64,000 nucleotides of DNA from Octopus sinensis (Eukaryota), in NCBI RefSeq assembly GCF_006345805.1, contig NC_042997.1:197222001-197286000 (forward strand), in the 5' to 3' direction. Position 1 is the stretch's first letter, and each line of letters begins with the position of its first letter. The notes beneath the pieces were generated by a model. The model was not told the origin of the DNA, did not search any database, and saw only the letters and a program-made list of their open reading frames with translations. The translations under genes and the position numbers were made by a program. Positions 1-13,370 of the stretch are shown here, piece by piece.

Positions 1-1006
1 TCTTTCTGATTGTAGGCTCGTAATTAGTAACCATAATACTTATTCGAGAACATCCATATGCAACACGCAATTGCATAATTAAATATTCATAATCTATCGT
101 AAACGCCCCCACGCCAGCAATACATCATTGCGTATCCATACGTTCATACGTTTATATGTGTATTGATGTGTATACGAGAGATATACAGAAATAGTTAGAC
201 AAGTCTGCTCTCTCTATAATTTCGATGCGACACAAAACTAGTCGTTAATTGATTGTTTGTTCGTTTTCCCTTAGCTAATTGTTCTACTTAATCTCAGGAA
301 AAATAACACGTTTCTTTTCTTAACCTACCCTATTTTTGTTGCTGTTTAAAGTATTTTTATATATTTAATTTCTATACACGTCCTTAGAAAGCAATTCTCT
401 TATATTTGCATGCAGACACAAAATATTTACATATTCATTACGCACTCACACCCATCCATGTACAAACAAAAACACACTCCGGCATACGCGAATACACTGT
501 TTATTGGATATGTACGTACGTGTGTATGTATATATGCATGCACGCATGCATATATATATATATATGTGTGCCTGTACACACACACACATATATATGAGTA
601 TATATAAGGGTATATATATATAAACACATAAGTGTATATATATAAACACACAAGTGTATCTCTTATTATAAAAGGCAGATTTTATCTGCCTCCCTTTGGG
701 AGTTATACAAATCTACAATATAGGATTTCTTCAATTACAATTTACCTAGCATTTTTGAGAGTACAATGCATCGCGTCATGCCAGGTCCAGTTTTTAAAAT
801 TTAAACTCCAATTAAGCAAAATTTACAGAAAACTCACATTCTGGTGTGTATGTCAAATGTTTTTCTTAATGTGGTTTACACCACACGCAAACGCACACAC
901 ACACAAAGGGAGCGAATTGTTTCACTGACGCTATCACCCTTCTCCTCCTTTGTCTTTGCAAGTTGGCAGCTATTAAAGTGAAAACAGTCAATCCGACAGC
1001 GATTAA

Positions 1007-1339
1007 GAACACGAATTAGCACCTGAATGGAGTGAAAATTTAAAAACTGTTTCTTTCGGTGATTTTTCTGAAGAAACTGCACCAAGCCACAGACTTTCCC
1101 AGAAGAGTAAAGCCTTACACTATTTCTATTTACTTTTTCGAATGAGCCCATTTAAAATCATTACGGCAGAAACGAACCGTTACGCTAAACGTAAACAAAA
1201 CGAAAGAAACGATAGTTTGTTATTTCCCACAACCTTAAATGAAATTAAGGCCTATTTTGCCATAAATATTATTATGGGTATCAGAAAGTTACCCAGAATA
1301 ACAAATTCTATCGTAAAATTTTGTTGTATACCCAATTGA
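1007..1339 (+). pseudogene. piggyBac/PGBD-type transposase fragment
   Basis: Stop-free frame ...PEWSENLKTVSFGDFSEETAPSHRLSQKSKALHYFYLLF...IITAETNRYAKRKQ...PTTLNEIKAYFAINIIMGIRKLP matches the ETNRYA / TTxxEIKAF / MGxxKLP motifs of PGBD transposases. A probable right end ...GTAACGAAAGGA|TTAA lies at 1634-1638. Confidence 0.8.
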
Positions 1340-1743
1340 ATATTAGCTAATAACCCATTTTCTATAGCGATGTTTGAACAAAATTTTAATAATTTTATAT
1401 ATTGTTGAATTTACCTGTATCTACCTGCAATTAGAGTCACTTTGTGACAAAAATTATAGTATAGAATTGGTTGAGGACATTTCATTAAATTATCTTCCAA
1501 AAATCATATTAATATATTGATAAATAAAAAAGTTATAGTTGTTTAATGAAACCAGACTAAATTTATGATTACGTTAGAAATTAATTGAAACACATAAGGG
1601 GTGTATTTTGGTCAGAAATATAGTAACGAAAGGATTAAGAAAAACCAAAAAATATTTTATTCTTTATAAATGTATTCAAAATAACATTTTCTTTTAAGAA
1701 TGCGTATATAACAAAGTATGTGTATATAACTACGTGGCTTATA

Positions 1744-2140
1744 TCTTTATATATAAGAGTGAAGTTGTGTGTCTGTCTCCTACGATTTAGATTCCTAACT
1801 ACTCCCACATTTTGCGGTGCAGTGTAACCAAAACCGGGTATCTTATAGTTGTGATTCATATCGAGCCCTTCTGGGTATTAGCGCGCGTCTACGATGAGTC
1901 TACGATTTAAAAAAAATTACCATCATATTTTTCCATTTTAATGCATTTTTTTCGCTATTATATAAGGGAAGTAACTCTCTAAAAATATCTACGATGTGTC
2001 AACGATTTAAAAAGAAATTTACCTTCATTTTTTTTCCATTTTTTATGCATTTTTTTCCTATTTTTTGGCTATAACTCTCTAAAAATGCTTATATAGTTAT
2101 TTCCCTTACAAACCCGAACTACGCCGGGCGATACTGCTAG
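1744..2140 (+). mobile_element. Non-autonomous Helitron
   Basis: 5' TCTTTATATATAAGAGTGAAGTTG. The 3' end ACCCGAACTACGCCGGGCGATACTGCTAG|T is shared with the elements at 6677 and 54922. Confidence 0.75.
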
Positions 2141-2320
2141 TATATATATATATATAAACACATACAAGTATATATATATAAACACATACAAGTGTATATA
2201 TATAAACACGTACAAGTGTATATATATATAAACACATACAAGTGTATATATATAAAAACAAGTGTATATATATAAACACACACATATCTATCTATCTATA
2301 TATATATATATATATATATA

Positions 2321-2387
<67 letters not shown>
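2141..2387. repeat. ~25-bp minisatellite grading into (TA)n
   Basis: Repeated TAAACACATACAAGTGTATATATA units, then a pure TA run. Confidence 0.9.
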
Positions 2388-2390
<3 letters not shown>

Positions 2391-3147
2391 TGCAGGCGTG
2401 GCTATACGGTTAGAAGCTTACTTCTTAACCACATGGTGATTGGTTCAATCCCGCTATGTGTATTCAACTACGGCCTCGGTCCGACTAAAAATGTTGAGTG
2501 GATTGGTGGACGGAAACTGAAAGAAACCCATTGAATATATATACATACATACATACAAACATATAGACAAGACGAAGGCCGGAAAATGCAGGTGACAGGA
2601 CTCGTCCTACGAACGGGACTCTATATACTAGCAAGAACGGCAATGAGATGGTTCTTAGCTGGTGGGAAGTGACCAAAGAGTATATCAAAAAAATCTCTCG
2701 CAGCTCTGGCAGAAACAGATTTCAGGCTCCAGCCCTTGCCAAAGAGAGAAAATATCGAAGAGCACGGCGGCCGGGTGTTGTGAGGCTGGAAGACCAAATT
2801 CCTAGAGAAACATAAAGCTGAAATATTCATGAACCGATAAACAGTAAACGATCAGCAGGCAGAGGCGACTGATGAGCAGTGACGTAAAACTCTCAGAGTT
2901 CCTGTAGACTGAAATCAATATATTTTATTTCGCTTTTGGTAGTCGAATGCTATTTATCCACATTGCTCCGTTATACGAAACCTTTTCCCCATACATTAAC
3001 TCTTCAGAGATATGGGATTCTCTTTTCAATTTTGCGTCGATAAAATTCACCTTGTGGAAACAAATACCAATATATTTACAGTAAAACTGGTAAACGCACA
3101 TAATTATATAAAACAATTTTACATCGTACGCACACACATACACACAG

Positions 3148-3199
<52 letters not shown>

Positions 3200-3489
3200 A
3201 AATGTATCTATATGTTGATGTACATATATATAAATATATATCTATATGTACATCTATGTATATATGTATATAATATATACATATATTCGTATACACATAC
3301 ATACCCACACCACATATTGAGAGAAAGGAGGCAGTCAGAATTTTGGATAATCCTTTACTGGCGCTTTCGTTCGTTTTACGAATTCCTCAAAAGAAAATCA
3401 AAATTAAGGAAAGCGTTAATAATGGTTTAGCCCAAATTTCTGACTGCATCCTTTTTCTCAATGTACAAAATCTGTACACCGCTTCAAAC

Positions 3490-3530
<41 letters not shown>

Positions 3531-3532
<2 letters not shown>

Positions 3533-3837
3533 CACCATGATCACCGTGACCGACCAGGATATCAGACGTTTCTACACATCGCTGGTCACAATGCGCTTCG
3601 CATTGTTTTAGCTTTCAAATGACACCGCCCCGCTGGCTAAGCGAGCGAGCCAACAGAAGAAAGAGTGAGAGAAAGTTGTGGCGAAAGAGTACAGGAAGGT
3701 TCCCCCCCCCCCTGCCGGAGACTCGTGGGGCTTAATGTGTTTTTGCTCAATAAACAATCACAACGCCCGGTCTAGGAATCGAAACCGGGATCCTACAACC
3801 GCGAGTCCGCTGCCCTAAACACTGGACCATTGCGCCT
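3531..3837 (-). mobile_element. tRNA-derived SINE, family B head with tail type 2
   Basis: Reverse-complement homolog of 36223-36528, with A box TGGTCCAGTG, B box GGTTTCGATTCC and tail ending TCACGGTGATCA. Confidence 0.85.
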
Positions 3838-3868
<31 letters not shown>

Positions 3869-3949
3869 TATATATATATATTAATAAATGAAATAAAACA
3901 TATGCATATATATAAACATATATGTACGTACCTACCTCTACATGTACAT

Positions 3950-4003
<54 letters not shown>

Positions 4004-4010
4004 ACACACA

Positions 4011-4041
<31 letters not shown>

Positions 4042-5127
4042 CGCGCGCATCAATTTAGCGCACAACCTATGTGTGTTTGTGTGTGTGAAATGTGTGTTTG
4101 CGTCCTGTACTCAAAATGACGGTTGCTAAAACATGTTGAAAGTCCAGTCAGTCTGCCAAATCGTCTGCGTCCAAACAACTGCCCCGAACCGTCTCAATCC
4201 ACAGCATAAGGCTTTAAAACTGAGGCATTATATAGAACCAGCATTAAACCGATCCTTAATCCACATCGTAGAGATTAGAAAATCCCCGAACATAACAGAT
4301 ACTAAGTGATAGCGCAACACATTTGCTCCGGCATTGTACCGATTCTGATAGTCCATTGTTCTTATGTGTTACTAATAATAAACTCCGGTCAATATAACAC
4401 GTATGAATTTATTAACCAGGAAGAGGCTGTTAGCTGTTAAGTGATTATAATAAATCAACATGCCACTTGCTAAGTGCCCACTCACTTTCTCTCAATCCCT
4501 CACATTCTCACTCCCTCTTTGTCTGTCAGTGTATCTGTTTCATTCTTTCGCTATCCGTCTCACTTTCCTTTTTTTCTCACTCTCTACATACCCATAAACA
4601 CACACACACACACATTCATACATCCATACACACATATAAACTTGCATATGCGTATATGTATTGTAATTTCGCTTTGGCACCGAGGTTGTTAGGACTCAAT
4701 ATACTTATCCTATAATAGAGTAACACGTTTATGCGAGTGCAGAGCGTAACATTAATTAACGAGTGTCAAGGGAACAGGAATTACGTAATTAACTTCACTA
4801 GCTCTAACTATTCCTGCCATAAGAGGCAGTGAACTGAAGACTCAGTGCTAAAACACACACACACACATATATATGCATATGATTTCATTTCATGTTACGC
4901 TCCTAGTTTGTGCAGGGTTAATCAAACGGTTTTGTAATTGTCAGCCATGACAATTCGAAAAAAAAAACAAATATAAGGGTCGCGGTATTTAGGAGCGCAA
5001 TGCGTTCTCTTTAGCGTTGGATTGACTCTACCAACTCGGGCCTTTTGACAAGATGTCACGTCGATTCAGTTAAGTAAATGAACACGCGCCCGCCTACATC
5101 CATACATGCATACACACACATACAGAC

Positions 5128-5313
5128 TATGAATTCATACTCAAACCAATAATAATTGGAACACCAGATTTTGTTAGTAAATGCTTAAAGGAGAATCTGG
5201 ATAAACTGGGATTTTCAGAAAGAGAAATCGACCTGCTGATTCGTACATTACAAGTGCAATCTGTGAGTGGAACGATAAAAATATGCAAAACTTTTCTCAA
5301 GTTCCGAATGTGA
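5128..5313 (+). pseudogene. C-terminal relic of a restriction-like-endonuclease (R4/Dong/HERO-type) LINE
   Basis: YEFILKPIIIGTPDFVSKCLKENLDKLGFSEREIDLLIRTLQVQSVSGTIKICKTFLKFRM* fits the PIIIGxxG...LxxLG...LQ...GTxKI C-terminal pattern of these ORFs. Confidence 0.65.
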
Positions 5314-6097
5314 ATTTGTCTGTGTTAGCTACATCCCAAAGATTGAGCCTTGTGTCTTTGTTAGAAACCGGCTCCCTACTCAGTGGAATATTTATAATAA
5401 CTAAAATATAGACGAGATATACAGACAGACATACATACGTTGGTACGTACGTATATATAAAAAATAAATAGATTAATAACGGAACGCGAAAGATTGAAAA
5501 CAGATGGTGGTAATGTAAATATTTTGAAGCCGTAACGATGACATCAAAGAACGAAAACGGAATCGGAAACACGGTGTCGCTGTCTGTATGGTAGCAGACG
5601 ATAAGGAGGCGTTTTAGTGGGAGTGATATTGTGGGAAAGGCGTTTTTTTATATAGAGAGACATAAGATCTAAGGAAGGGAGAGAGAAACAGAGAGGGTGA
5701 AAGAGAGGAGGTGGTGAGAACGAGGATGAGTAGATAATTGAAAAATGAAAGACGTGGTAAGTGGTACAGAAAGCACAGCAGGACAATAGACGAAGAGTTA
5801 TACATCACGTATTTACGGGCAGCAGGAGTTGAAACAGAATACGCGGTATCATAGAAAACAATAGAAAAATTAATGGCTGGAAATGAAAAAGATTTGCGAA
5901 TATAATAAAACAAATAATATTCAATAAAATTGACGGTGAAAAGCTTTGCAATATACAAAGGAGAACAGAAGTGTGTTTTGGCCAATATTTATTTAAAAGC
6001 GAGAAACGTACTATAGGGTGTTAATTTTGTACGAGTTCGGTCTTATGGTAAATGCGTTATACTAGAGGACTTCGGCTAGGATCACGGGTCATACGTC

Positions 6098-6313
6098 CTC
6101 TCTTTCTTTCACTCTCTTTCACTTGTTTCAGTCATTTTGACTGCGGCCATGCTGGAGCACCGCCTTTAGTCGAGCAAATCGACCCCGGGACTTATTCATT
6201 GTAAGCCCAGTACTTATTCTATCGGTCTCTTTTGCCGAACCGCTAAGGGACGGGGACGTAAACACACCAGTATCGGTTGTCAACCAATGCTAGGGGGACA
6301 AACACACACACAT

Positions 6314-6348
<35 letters not shown>

Positions 6349-6511
6349 CGACGGGCTTCTTTCAGTTTCCGTCTACCAAATCCACTCACAAGGCATTGGT
6401 CGGCCCGGGGCTATAGCAGAAGACACTTGCCCAAGATGCCACGCAGTGGGACTGAACCCGGAACCATGTGGTTGGTTAGCAAGCTACTTACCACACAGCC
6501 ACTCCTGCGCC
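6098..6511 (-). mobile_element. tRNA-derived SINE family A, full length
   Basis: Head GGCGCAGGAGTGGCTGTGTGG...GGTTCAGTCC, CORE-like CTTGGGCAAGTGTCTT, internal TA/TG microsatellite, tail GCAGTCAAAATGACTGAAACAAGT. Confidence 0.9.
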
Positions 6512-6676
6512 TCCTGCGTCCCCTACCCAATTCAGGATCACAACACTTAAATACACTGCAACACAATTTCCTTTCCTCAAGAGGTCCTGCCCTATTTAAC
6601 ATTGTTCCAAAACAGATCAAAGAGGAAAAGGATCCCATCACTTTTAAACGGAATCTGGACACATTTCTTCAAGGAA

Positions 6677-7067
6677 TCTATATATATAAAGCTGAAGTTG
6701 TCTTTGTATTGCAGGTATGATAACCTTCAACTAACACTATCTCCTCCGAGACCCTGCGGTGCAAGTTGATCAAAATTGAAAGTATAATAGAGAAAGGCTT
6801 GCTCTTCCTTCCGTAGAAGATAAAATTCAAATCGGACCACGTTAACACTAAAAATTACTTACATCAAAAAGGTGCTTTTTTTTCTATGAAAATCCCTATT
6901 TTTTAAGATTTTATGACTGCTGTGTCGCCATTTTTCAGTGTATTTCAACCAGAAAAATGTTCACTTAAAGAGAAAAACAACCTACATATTGCAAATTGTT
7001 TCCTTTTAAAAAATTCCAATTCTAAAGGGTCGAAGCAAACCCGAGCAACACCGGGTGATACTGTTAG
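6677..7067 (+). mobile_element. Non-autonomous Helitron
   Basis: A|TCTATATATATAAAG start, subterminal hairpin CCCGAGCAACACCGGG and TTAG|T end (CTAG variant). Colinear homolog of 54922-55312. Confidence 0.8.
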
Positions 7068-7370
7068 TAATAGATAAGCCAGCTATACCTGGATAAAACT
7101 CAACAAGAACTCCTTACTCGAATGGATCAACATACCACAAAAATTCACTTAAAAAGGATTTAGCTAATCCTATCAGGTGGTGCTATTAAGTTAGATAGGG
7201 CCTGGACAAATCGATGGTCGAAGCATATCTAAGTTATGTATGCATATATGCATGTGTGTGAATATATACATACAGCGGAAGACACTTGCTCAAGATGTCA
7301 CGCAGTAGGACTGAACCCGGAACCATGAGGTTGGGAAGACAGCTTCTTACCATACAGCCCACTCCTACAC

Positions 7371-7462
<92 letters not shown>

Positions 7463-7751
7463 GTCTGTATACATACATACATATAAATATATACATACAT
7501 ACAGATAGGTAGATACACATAAATAGGTAGATAAAACTATACATACACACTCATATAAATACATATCCGTTCGGTGATGAGCGTATTTAGTCACAAATCG
7601 CTGGTGTCTACATATCTATTTTTAAACCGCTATCTCAAATTTCATACAACTGAACAGAGAACACCATATCTACATACACGGACGCATATGATACACAAAT
7701 CTGTGTGCGTTGGCGGGGGTGATGGAAGGAGTTAGAAAGATATAGACAGAC

Positions 7752-7820
<69 letters not shown>

Positions 7821-8698
7821 CATCTGTATATAGGTATATTCCTGTGAATGATTACGTTTGATGAGGGAGAGTAACGAAGAGTCTGTGAAAGATAAATGTC
7901 AACTCGCCTCAATATTTCATTATCTCTAGTCTCTCATCAGATATTCCTCCTCCCTCTATATTCCTCTACCTCTCACTTCTCTCCTCTCATAACGTCCACC
8001 TCTCACTTTTCCCATAACGTCTTCCTTTCCCGCAATACTATCAATCTTAATCAACATCTATCTTCCTGTTTGCACCTACTTCTATCCACCATTTTCTACT
8101 TACATTTACATCTTTCCATCTGTTTCCTTTTCACACCTCCTATTTCGACAACAACCTCACACTACACCTCGCTCATTGTTTCTCTTCCTCTCTTTCAGAT
8201 CAGTTAATCGCCAACCAATCCTGATATTAAGCTGAATCCATAAATATCTTCGCACCACTCAATACTTGTTGCACTTCTGTATATGAAATCTAGTAATATT
8301 GAAGATATGTGTATATATATATTATATATATATATATAATAATAAATAAAACATATGCATATATATATACATATATGTACGAACCTACCTCTACTTGTAT
8401 ATATACACGCATATATGAGTACAGCACACCAGAAAAACGTCGAACACAATGAGAAACGAAAACATAGACACAAACCCAAGGAACTGGACATTTTTTTAAA
8501 CAACAAAAAATAGAGTACAGGTCAAATAAAACAAAGAAAAAAACCCTTCTTCAGTCGCCATGGTTTCATCTACTCTACGTTTCGAAGGTGAAGATATATA
8601 TATATATTGCTTTGGTTTCATTCTGAGCTAGCATCATGAAGTTAGCAAACTTTCGATCAATCGTTTACTAATATTATTTGTAATACTATCCATTCCTT

Positions 8699-9305
8699 TA
8701 GAGGCGAGCTGGCAGAAATGTTAGCACGCCGGGCGAAGTGCTTAGCGTTATTTCGTCTGCATTTATGTTCTGAGTTCAAATTCCGCCGAGGTAGACTTTG
8801 CCTTTCATCCTTTCGGGGTCGATTAAATTAAGTACCAGTTGCGCACTGGGGTCGATATAATCGACTTAATCCGTTTGTCTCTCCTTGTTTGTCCCCTCTG
8901 TGTTTAACCCTTTGTGGGTAGTAAAGAAATAGGTATTTCGTCTGCCGTTACGTTCTGAGTTCAAATTCCCCCGAGGTCGCCTTTGCCTTTTATCCTTTCG
9001 GGGTCGATTATATAAGTACCATTTACGCACTGGAGTCGATATAATCAACTTAATCCGCTTGTCTGCTCTTGTTTGTCCTCTCTATATTTAGCCCATTGTG
9101 GGCAATAAAGAAATAGAAACGTTAGCACGCCTGGCGAAATGCTCAGCGTTATTTCGTCTGTATTTACGTTCTGAGTTCAAATTGAGCCGAGGTCGACTTT
9201 GCCTTTCATCTTCTCGGGGGTCGATAAATTACGTACCGGCTGCGTAGTGGGTCGATGTAATCGACTGGCCCCGTCCCCCCAAATTTCGGGTCTTGGAAAT
9301 AGAAA
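8699..9305 (+). mobile_element. SINE family C, trimeric locus
   Basis: Head GGCGAGCTGGCAGAAA...GAGTTCAAATTCC, followed by three copies of the GTCGACTTTGCCTTTCATCC...GTCGATAAATTAAGTACC core. Confidence 0.85.
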
Positions 9306-9845
9306 AGAAAAGATGGCTGTTTTCTCTCTTAATGTGCAGAAAGTGAAATTTAACCACATACTTTCTACACAATCTCCTCTACGTGAAGCCCCCCACTCTC
9401 TCTCAATATCTATACATATATGTATTATGTATATATACATATAAGTATAATTGTTGTACTGGTGTGTTTACTGGTTTGTAAAATGTGATCGGCAGAAAAA
9501 GTACCAGGACTGGGGTCGATTCATTCGATAAAAATTACGTACCGGCTGCGTAGTGGGTCGATGTAATCGACTGGCCCCGTCCCCCAAATTTCGGGTCTTG
9601 GAAATAGAAAAGAAAAGATGGCTGTTTTCTCTCTTAATGTGCAGAAAGTGAAATTTAACCACATACTTTCTACACAATCTCCTCTACGTGAAGCCCCCCA
9701 CTCTCTCTCAATATCTATACATATATGTATTATGTATATATACATATAAGTATAATTGTTGTACTGGTGTGTTTACTGGTTTGTAAAATGTGATCGGCAG
9801 AAAAAGTACCAGGACTGGGGTCGATTCATTCGATAAAAATTACGT
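9230..9845. repeat. Near-identical ~305-bp direct tandem duplication
   Basis: ACCGGCTGCG occurs at 9235 and 9541, and the downstream sequences are almost identical. Boundaries fall on CGATAAA(AA)TTACGT. Confidence 0.95.
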
Positions 9846-10007
9846 CCCCGTAATTTGGATTTCAGCGAAAGAGGGCCATAAAATAAACACCAGGCTTAAC
9901 AGAAAAAAAAAAGATAATGGAGTCGATTCATTATCCTAAAAATGTCTCATGGCGGTGCCCTAGCATGGCCGTAGTTTAATGACTAGAACAAGTAAAAGAT
10001 GAAATAC

Positions 10008-10009
<2 letters not shown>

Positions 10010-10049
<40 letters not shown>

Positions 10050-10263
10050 ATATATATATATATATATATATATATGTAAATGTATATATAAGTGTATGTA
10101 TATATATGTTTATATATATGTATATATAAATATGTGTGTATATGTATATATATATATGCATATATAAATATGTATATATAAATGCATGTATATAAATGTA
10201 TATATATATATATATGTACATATAAATATATATATCTGTACATATAAATATATATATCTGTAC

Positions 10264-10300
<37 letters not shown>

Positions 10301-10365
10301 CATACTTATATATATACACATGTGTATATATATATATATACACACACATATATTTATATATACAT
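10010..10365. repeat. (CT)n plus degenerate (TA)/(TATG) microsatellite
   Basis: Direct inspection. Confidence 0.95.
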
Positions 10366-10961
10366 ACTTATATCTATACTCATACTCACAGTTGGACATA
10401 CACACATCTACAAGTCTATATGTAAGCAGCCGCTGCAGCTATTTGGTGGAGATTTAGAGCAAAACGAATTTATTTGAACTTTCCTGAAAAATAATACGAA
10501 AACAAGGCATCAAGAAGTTTAATCGATTTGAAAGAAAATACTTGCTAACTTCTGTTGCCACTTGATCTTTGCAAAATGTATATATTGGAATCGAAAATAT
10601 CAATAACACACTTTATAAACACGTTTAACAGACAAACAGATTCTCTCCGGAAAGATACGCTGTTTCAAAGAACATCATAGCAGAACTAGAATAATCGCAG
10701 CAGTCCCTCCACGTACACAAACGCACAAACAGTAGAACACAAGTACAATAGACACACACATGCATGCACACAAAACATTTTCATGCACACTAGCTTGAAT
10801 ACGCACGGAAATACATATTGACAGTGAAATACAGATAAACAGATACAATATGATATTTATAAGACTCAAACATCTAATGAATATCAATGGCTTTTGTATC
10901 GTCGTTCGGTGGAATTTGCAGAGTTAACAAATAACGTTTGTATATTATATATGCAATTCAA

Positions 10962-11135
10962 AGGCGGCGAGCTGGCAGAAAACGTTAGCACGCCGGGCGA
11001 AATGCTTAGCGGTGTTTCGTCTATCTTTATGTTCTGAGTTCAAATTCCGCCGAGGTCGACTTTGCATTTCATCCTTTCGGGGTCGATTAAATAAGTACCA
11101 GTTACGCACTGGGGTCGATATAATCGACTTAATCC
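10962..11135 (+). mobile_element. SINE family C copy, followed by the 3' half of a SINE A (about 11190-11375)
   Basis: Typical C head and core. After a TA/TG tract come TTGACAACCGATGTTGGTGTG...CAGTCAAATGACTGAA. Confidence 0.8.
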
Positions 11136-11136
11136 G

Positions 11137-11185
<49 letters not shown>

Positions 11186-11432
11186 CGTGTCTCCACTTGA
11201 CAACCGATGTTGGTGTGTTAACATTCCCGTAAATCTAACGGTTCGGCAAAAGAAACCGATAGGATAAGTACTAGGCTTACAAAGAGTAAGTCCTAGGGTC
11301 GATTTGCTCGACTAAAAGCGGTGCTCCAGAATGGCCGCAGTCAAATGACTGAAGTAAATAACAGAATAAAAGAATAAATCATATAAATAATTAAAAAAAT
11401 ATATACAGTACAGTACTGTTTCTTCTTCGCAG

Positions 11433-11460
11433 ATTTTCCTCTATTGCGGGGGTGGGGTTG
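11433..11460 (+). CDS. Weak candidate 28-nt exon (unknown gene)
   Basis: TGTTTCTTCTTCGCAG|...TTG|GTATGT are both strong splice signals and all three frames are open. No homology is recognised. Confidence 0.15.
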
Positions 11461-12959
11461 GTATGTAACACCCGCGATAATTGAGGGATAACCGTAATTC
11501 ATTTTAGCATCGGCTCAAGACCTGAAACTTTGTGGAAATTGGATAGACCAACAACTTTGAGGAGAATCTATTATTCTAACACACCTACCCCAGTATATGT
11601 CTGGTATCATAGTTAATAGATTCAAATGTTGAAAGCATACTTAACATCATCTGGATTTGAACTCGGAATCTAAGGAGCCGGAACGAATCATTCAAAGCTT
11701 TTTTTTACTCACGCTGTAATGATTCTGCTAGATCGCTACTTAAATTATAGTAACGAGAAGGTGGAGAAACGAGGGGAGGAATTAAAAATGGCGGGTGATG
11801 GTTACGATGAGGATGATTAGAGAAAAGAACAAGGATGATAGGGCAAAAGATACTTAAGATAATATTGAAGATGGTTATGTCGATGAGGATGATGATGATA
11901 TTAACGAATACGACGAGAGCGTCACCATCTTCTTGATTTCTGACATTGGCATACTGTCAGAAATGTTAAGAAAGGTGTATAATCGATTATATTGATAAAG
12001 ATAAACATTCGATACTTATTTATCTACGAGGACGAGGCTGGGATGAAAAGTAAATCGACTCAGAACGTAAATAAACATTAATGAATTTGCTAAACAAACT
12101 TATAGATTTAAATGATAAAAATTCCTGGGAAATTTTAAGCTGCTCCCTAAAAGTGTCCTTGCAATCAAAGACAAATGGGTGTGACATGAGCTAAGGTTGT
12201 GGATTCCATTTTCTGGTATTGACACATCTTTTCTACTCTAGCCACAAGGCTCGAATTTTTTTCTTTTTTTTTGGGGGGGGGGGAGTCGATTAGATCGACC
12301 CCAGTGCACAACTAGTACTTAATCTATCGATCCAGAAAGGATGAAAGGCTAAGTCAATCTCGGCGGAATTTCAACTGCCCTTATGGGCAGTAAAGAAATA
12401 CATATTTATCGCATACTGGGTGAAATGCTTAGCGTCTTTACGTTCTGAGTTCAAATTCCGCCGAGGTCGACTTTGCTTTTCATCTTTCCGGGGTCGATAA
12501 ATTAAGTACCAGTTGCGTACTGGGGTCGATCTGATTGACTGGCCCTCACACCCAAAATTTCGGGCCTTGTACCTAGAGTAGAGTAGAAAGGATATATTTA
12601 TATTTTGCTGGTCTGACAACTGCTTAGCTACATTTCTTCCGGCGATTTACGTTCTAAGGTCAAATTCTACCGAGGTCATCATTGTCTTTCATCCGTTCGG
12701 GGTCGATAAAATAATGTATCAGTCAAGCATTAGAGTCGGTGTAGTCTACTAGTCCCCTCCCGTCATAATCGCTTGAGTTCTAAAGAAATTCAAAAGAATA
12801 TTTAAATACCAGTCAGCAGATTTGCGCACATCATCATCTGGCTGGTGGGAGATTTTCGCAGTTCTCATTCTGTCGAAAGGTTTCACACCCGATTTCATCC
12901 CCAGCCATGTTTTTTGCTCATTTATTTATTTATTTATTTATATATTTCTTCATTTATTT

Positions 12960-13285
12960 AATTTTATATTAGCCTTCGGATATCCAGATTAGCTATTATA
13001 TGTTCATCAGTCTAAAAATATTAATATTTTGGTCACTGGCCCTCTACACCGGACTAACTATTTAAAATTCCGATTCCGTGGTGAATATTTTGCGAGATTA
13101 TATCTTCAGATATTTTAATCATTCAGTGCCAGGAATATATTGAATGAGGCGACAGGATTGGATTGATCACTGCGTGTAGCATATGCAATAAAGATATGCA
13201 GTGTAATTGCCAAATCCTATTAAACTTGTAGGAAATGAATCAGAGTATTTCAGGGTTATAGAAATCTTACACATCACCCTGTTTA
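12960..13285 (+). mobile_element. Highly degraded Tc1/mariner 3' relic
   Basis: CACTGGCCCTCTACACCGGAC (HWPSTPD) resembles the WPxxSPDL motif. It ends in CATCACCCTGT, like the TIR of the neighbouring element. Confidence 0.35.
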
Positions 13286-13370
13286 TACAGTAATAATATT
13301 ACACTATCAATTTAAACACAACAACAACAGAAGCTGTTTTAATAAGGAAAATTATCCGTGTTTATAAATA

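Larger units (their letters stand above)
659..2140 (+). mobile_element. Composite non-autonomous Helitron block containing a piggyBac fragment
   Basis: Begins A|TCTCTTATTATAAAAGG and ends with a GC hairpin plus CTAG|T. The same AAACACA(TA)CAAGTGTATATATAT minisatellite lies on both sides (622-658 and 2141-2285), so the block interrupts one array at an A|T site. Confidence 0.5.
6040..7235 (+). mobile_element. 3' relic of a CR1/L2-group LINE, split by a SINE A and a Helitron
   Basis: QHLNTLQHNFLSSRGPALFNIVPKQIKEEKDPITFKRNLDTFLQGI continues as IDKPAIPG after removing the Helitron. This matches the GPxLFNxxP...FKxxLDxFL..IxDxP end motif. CGTCC flanks both ends of the SINE A. Confidence 0.7.

Noticed and set aside
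2869-2905. CTGATGAG...CGTAAAACTCTCAGAGTT hammerhead-like string
   Set aside because: GAAA is not intact, stem II does not pair and stem I is unconvincing. At most it is a heavily decayed relic.
5640-5762. TATA-like run plus ATGAAAGACGTG|GTAAGT as a first exon
   Set aside because: The motifs are too short to be significant, and the region looks more like a decayed retroelement 3' end on the minus strand.
8543-8590. GAAACGUA preceding CUGAAGAAGGG on the minus strand (similar order at about 35600-35650), suggesting a type-II hammerhead
   Set aside because: No stem I can form between the two motifs. These are probably halves of different tail segments.
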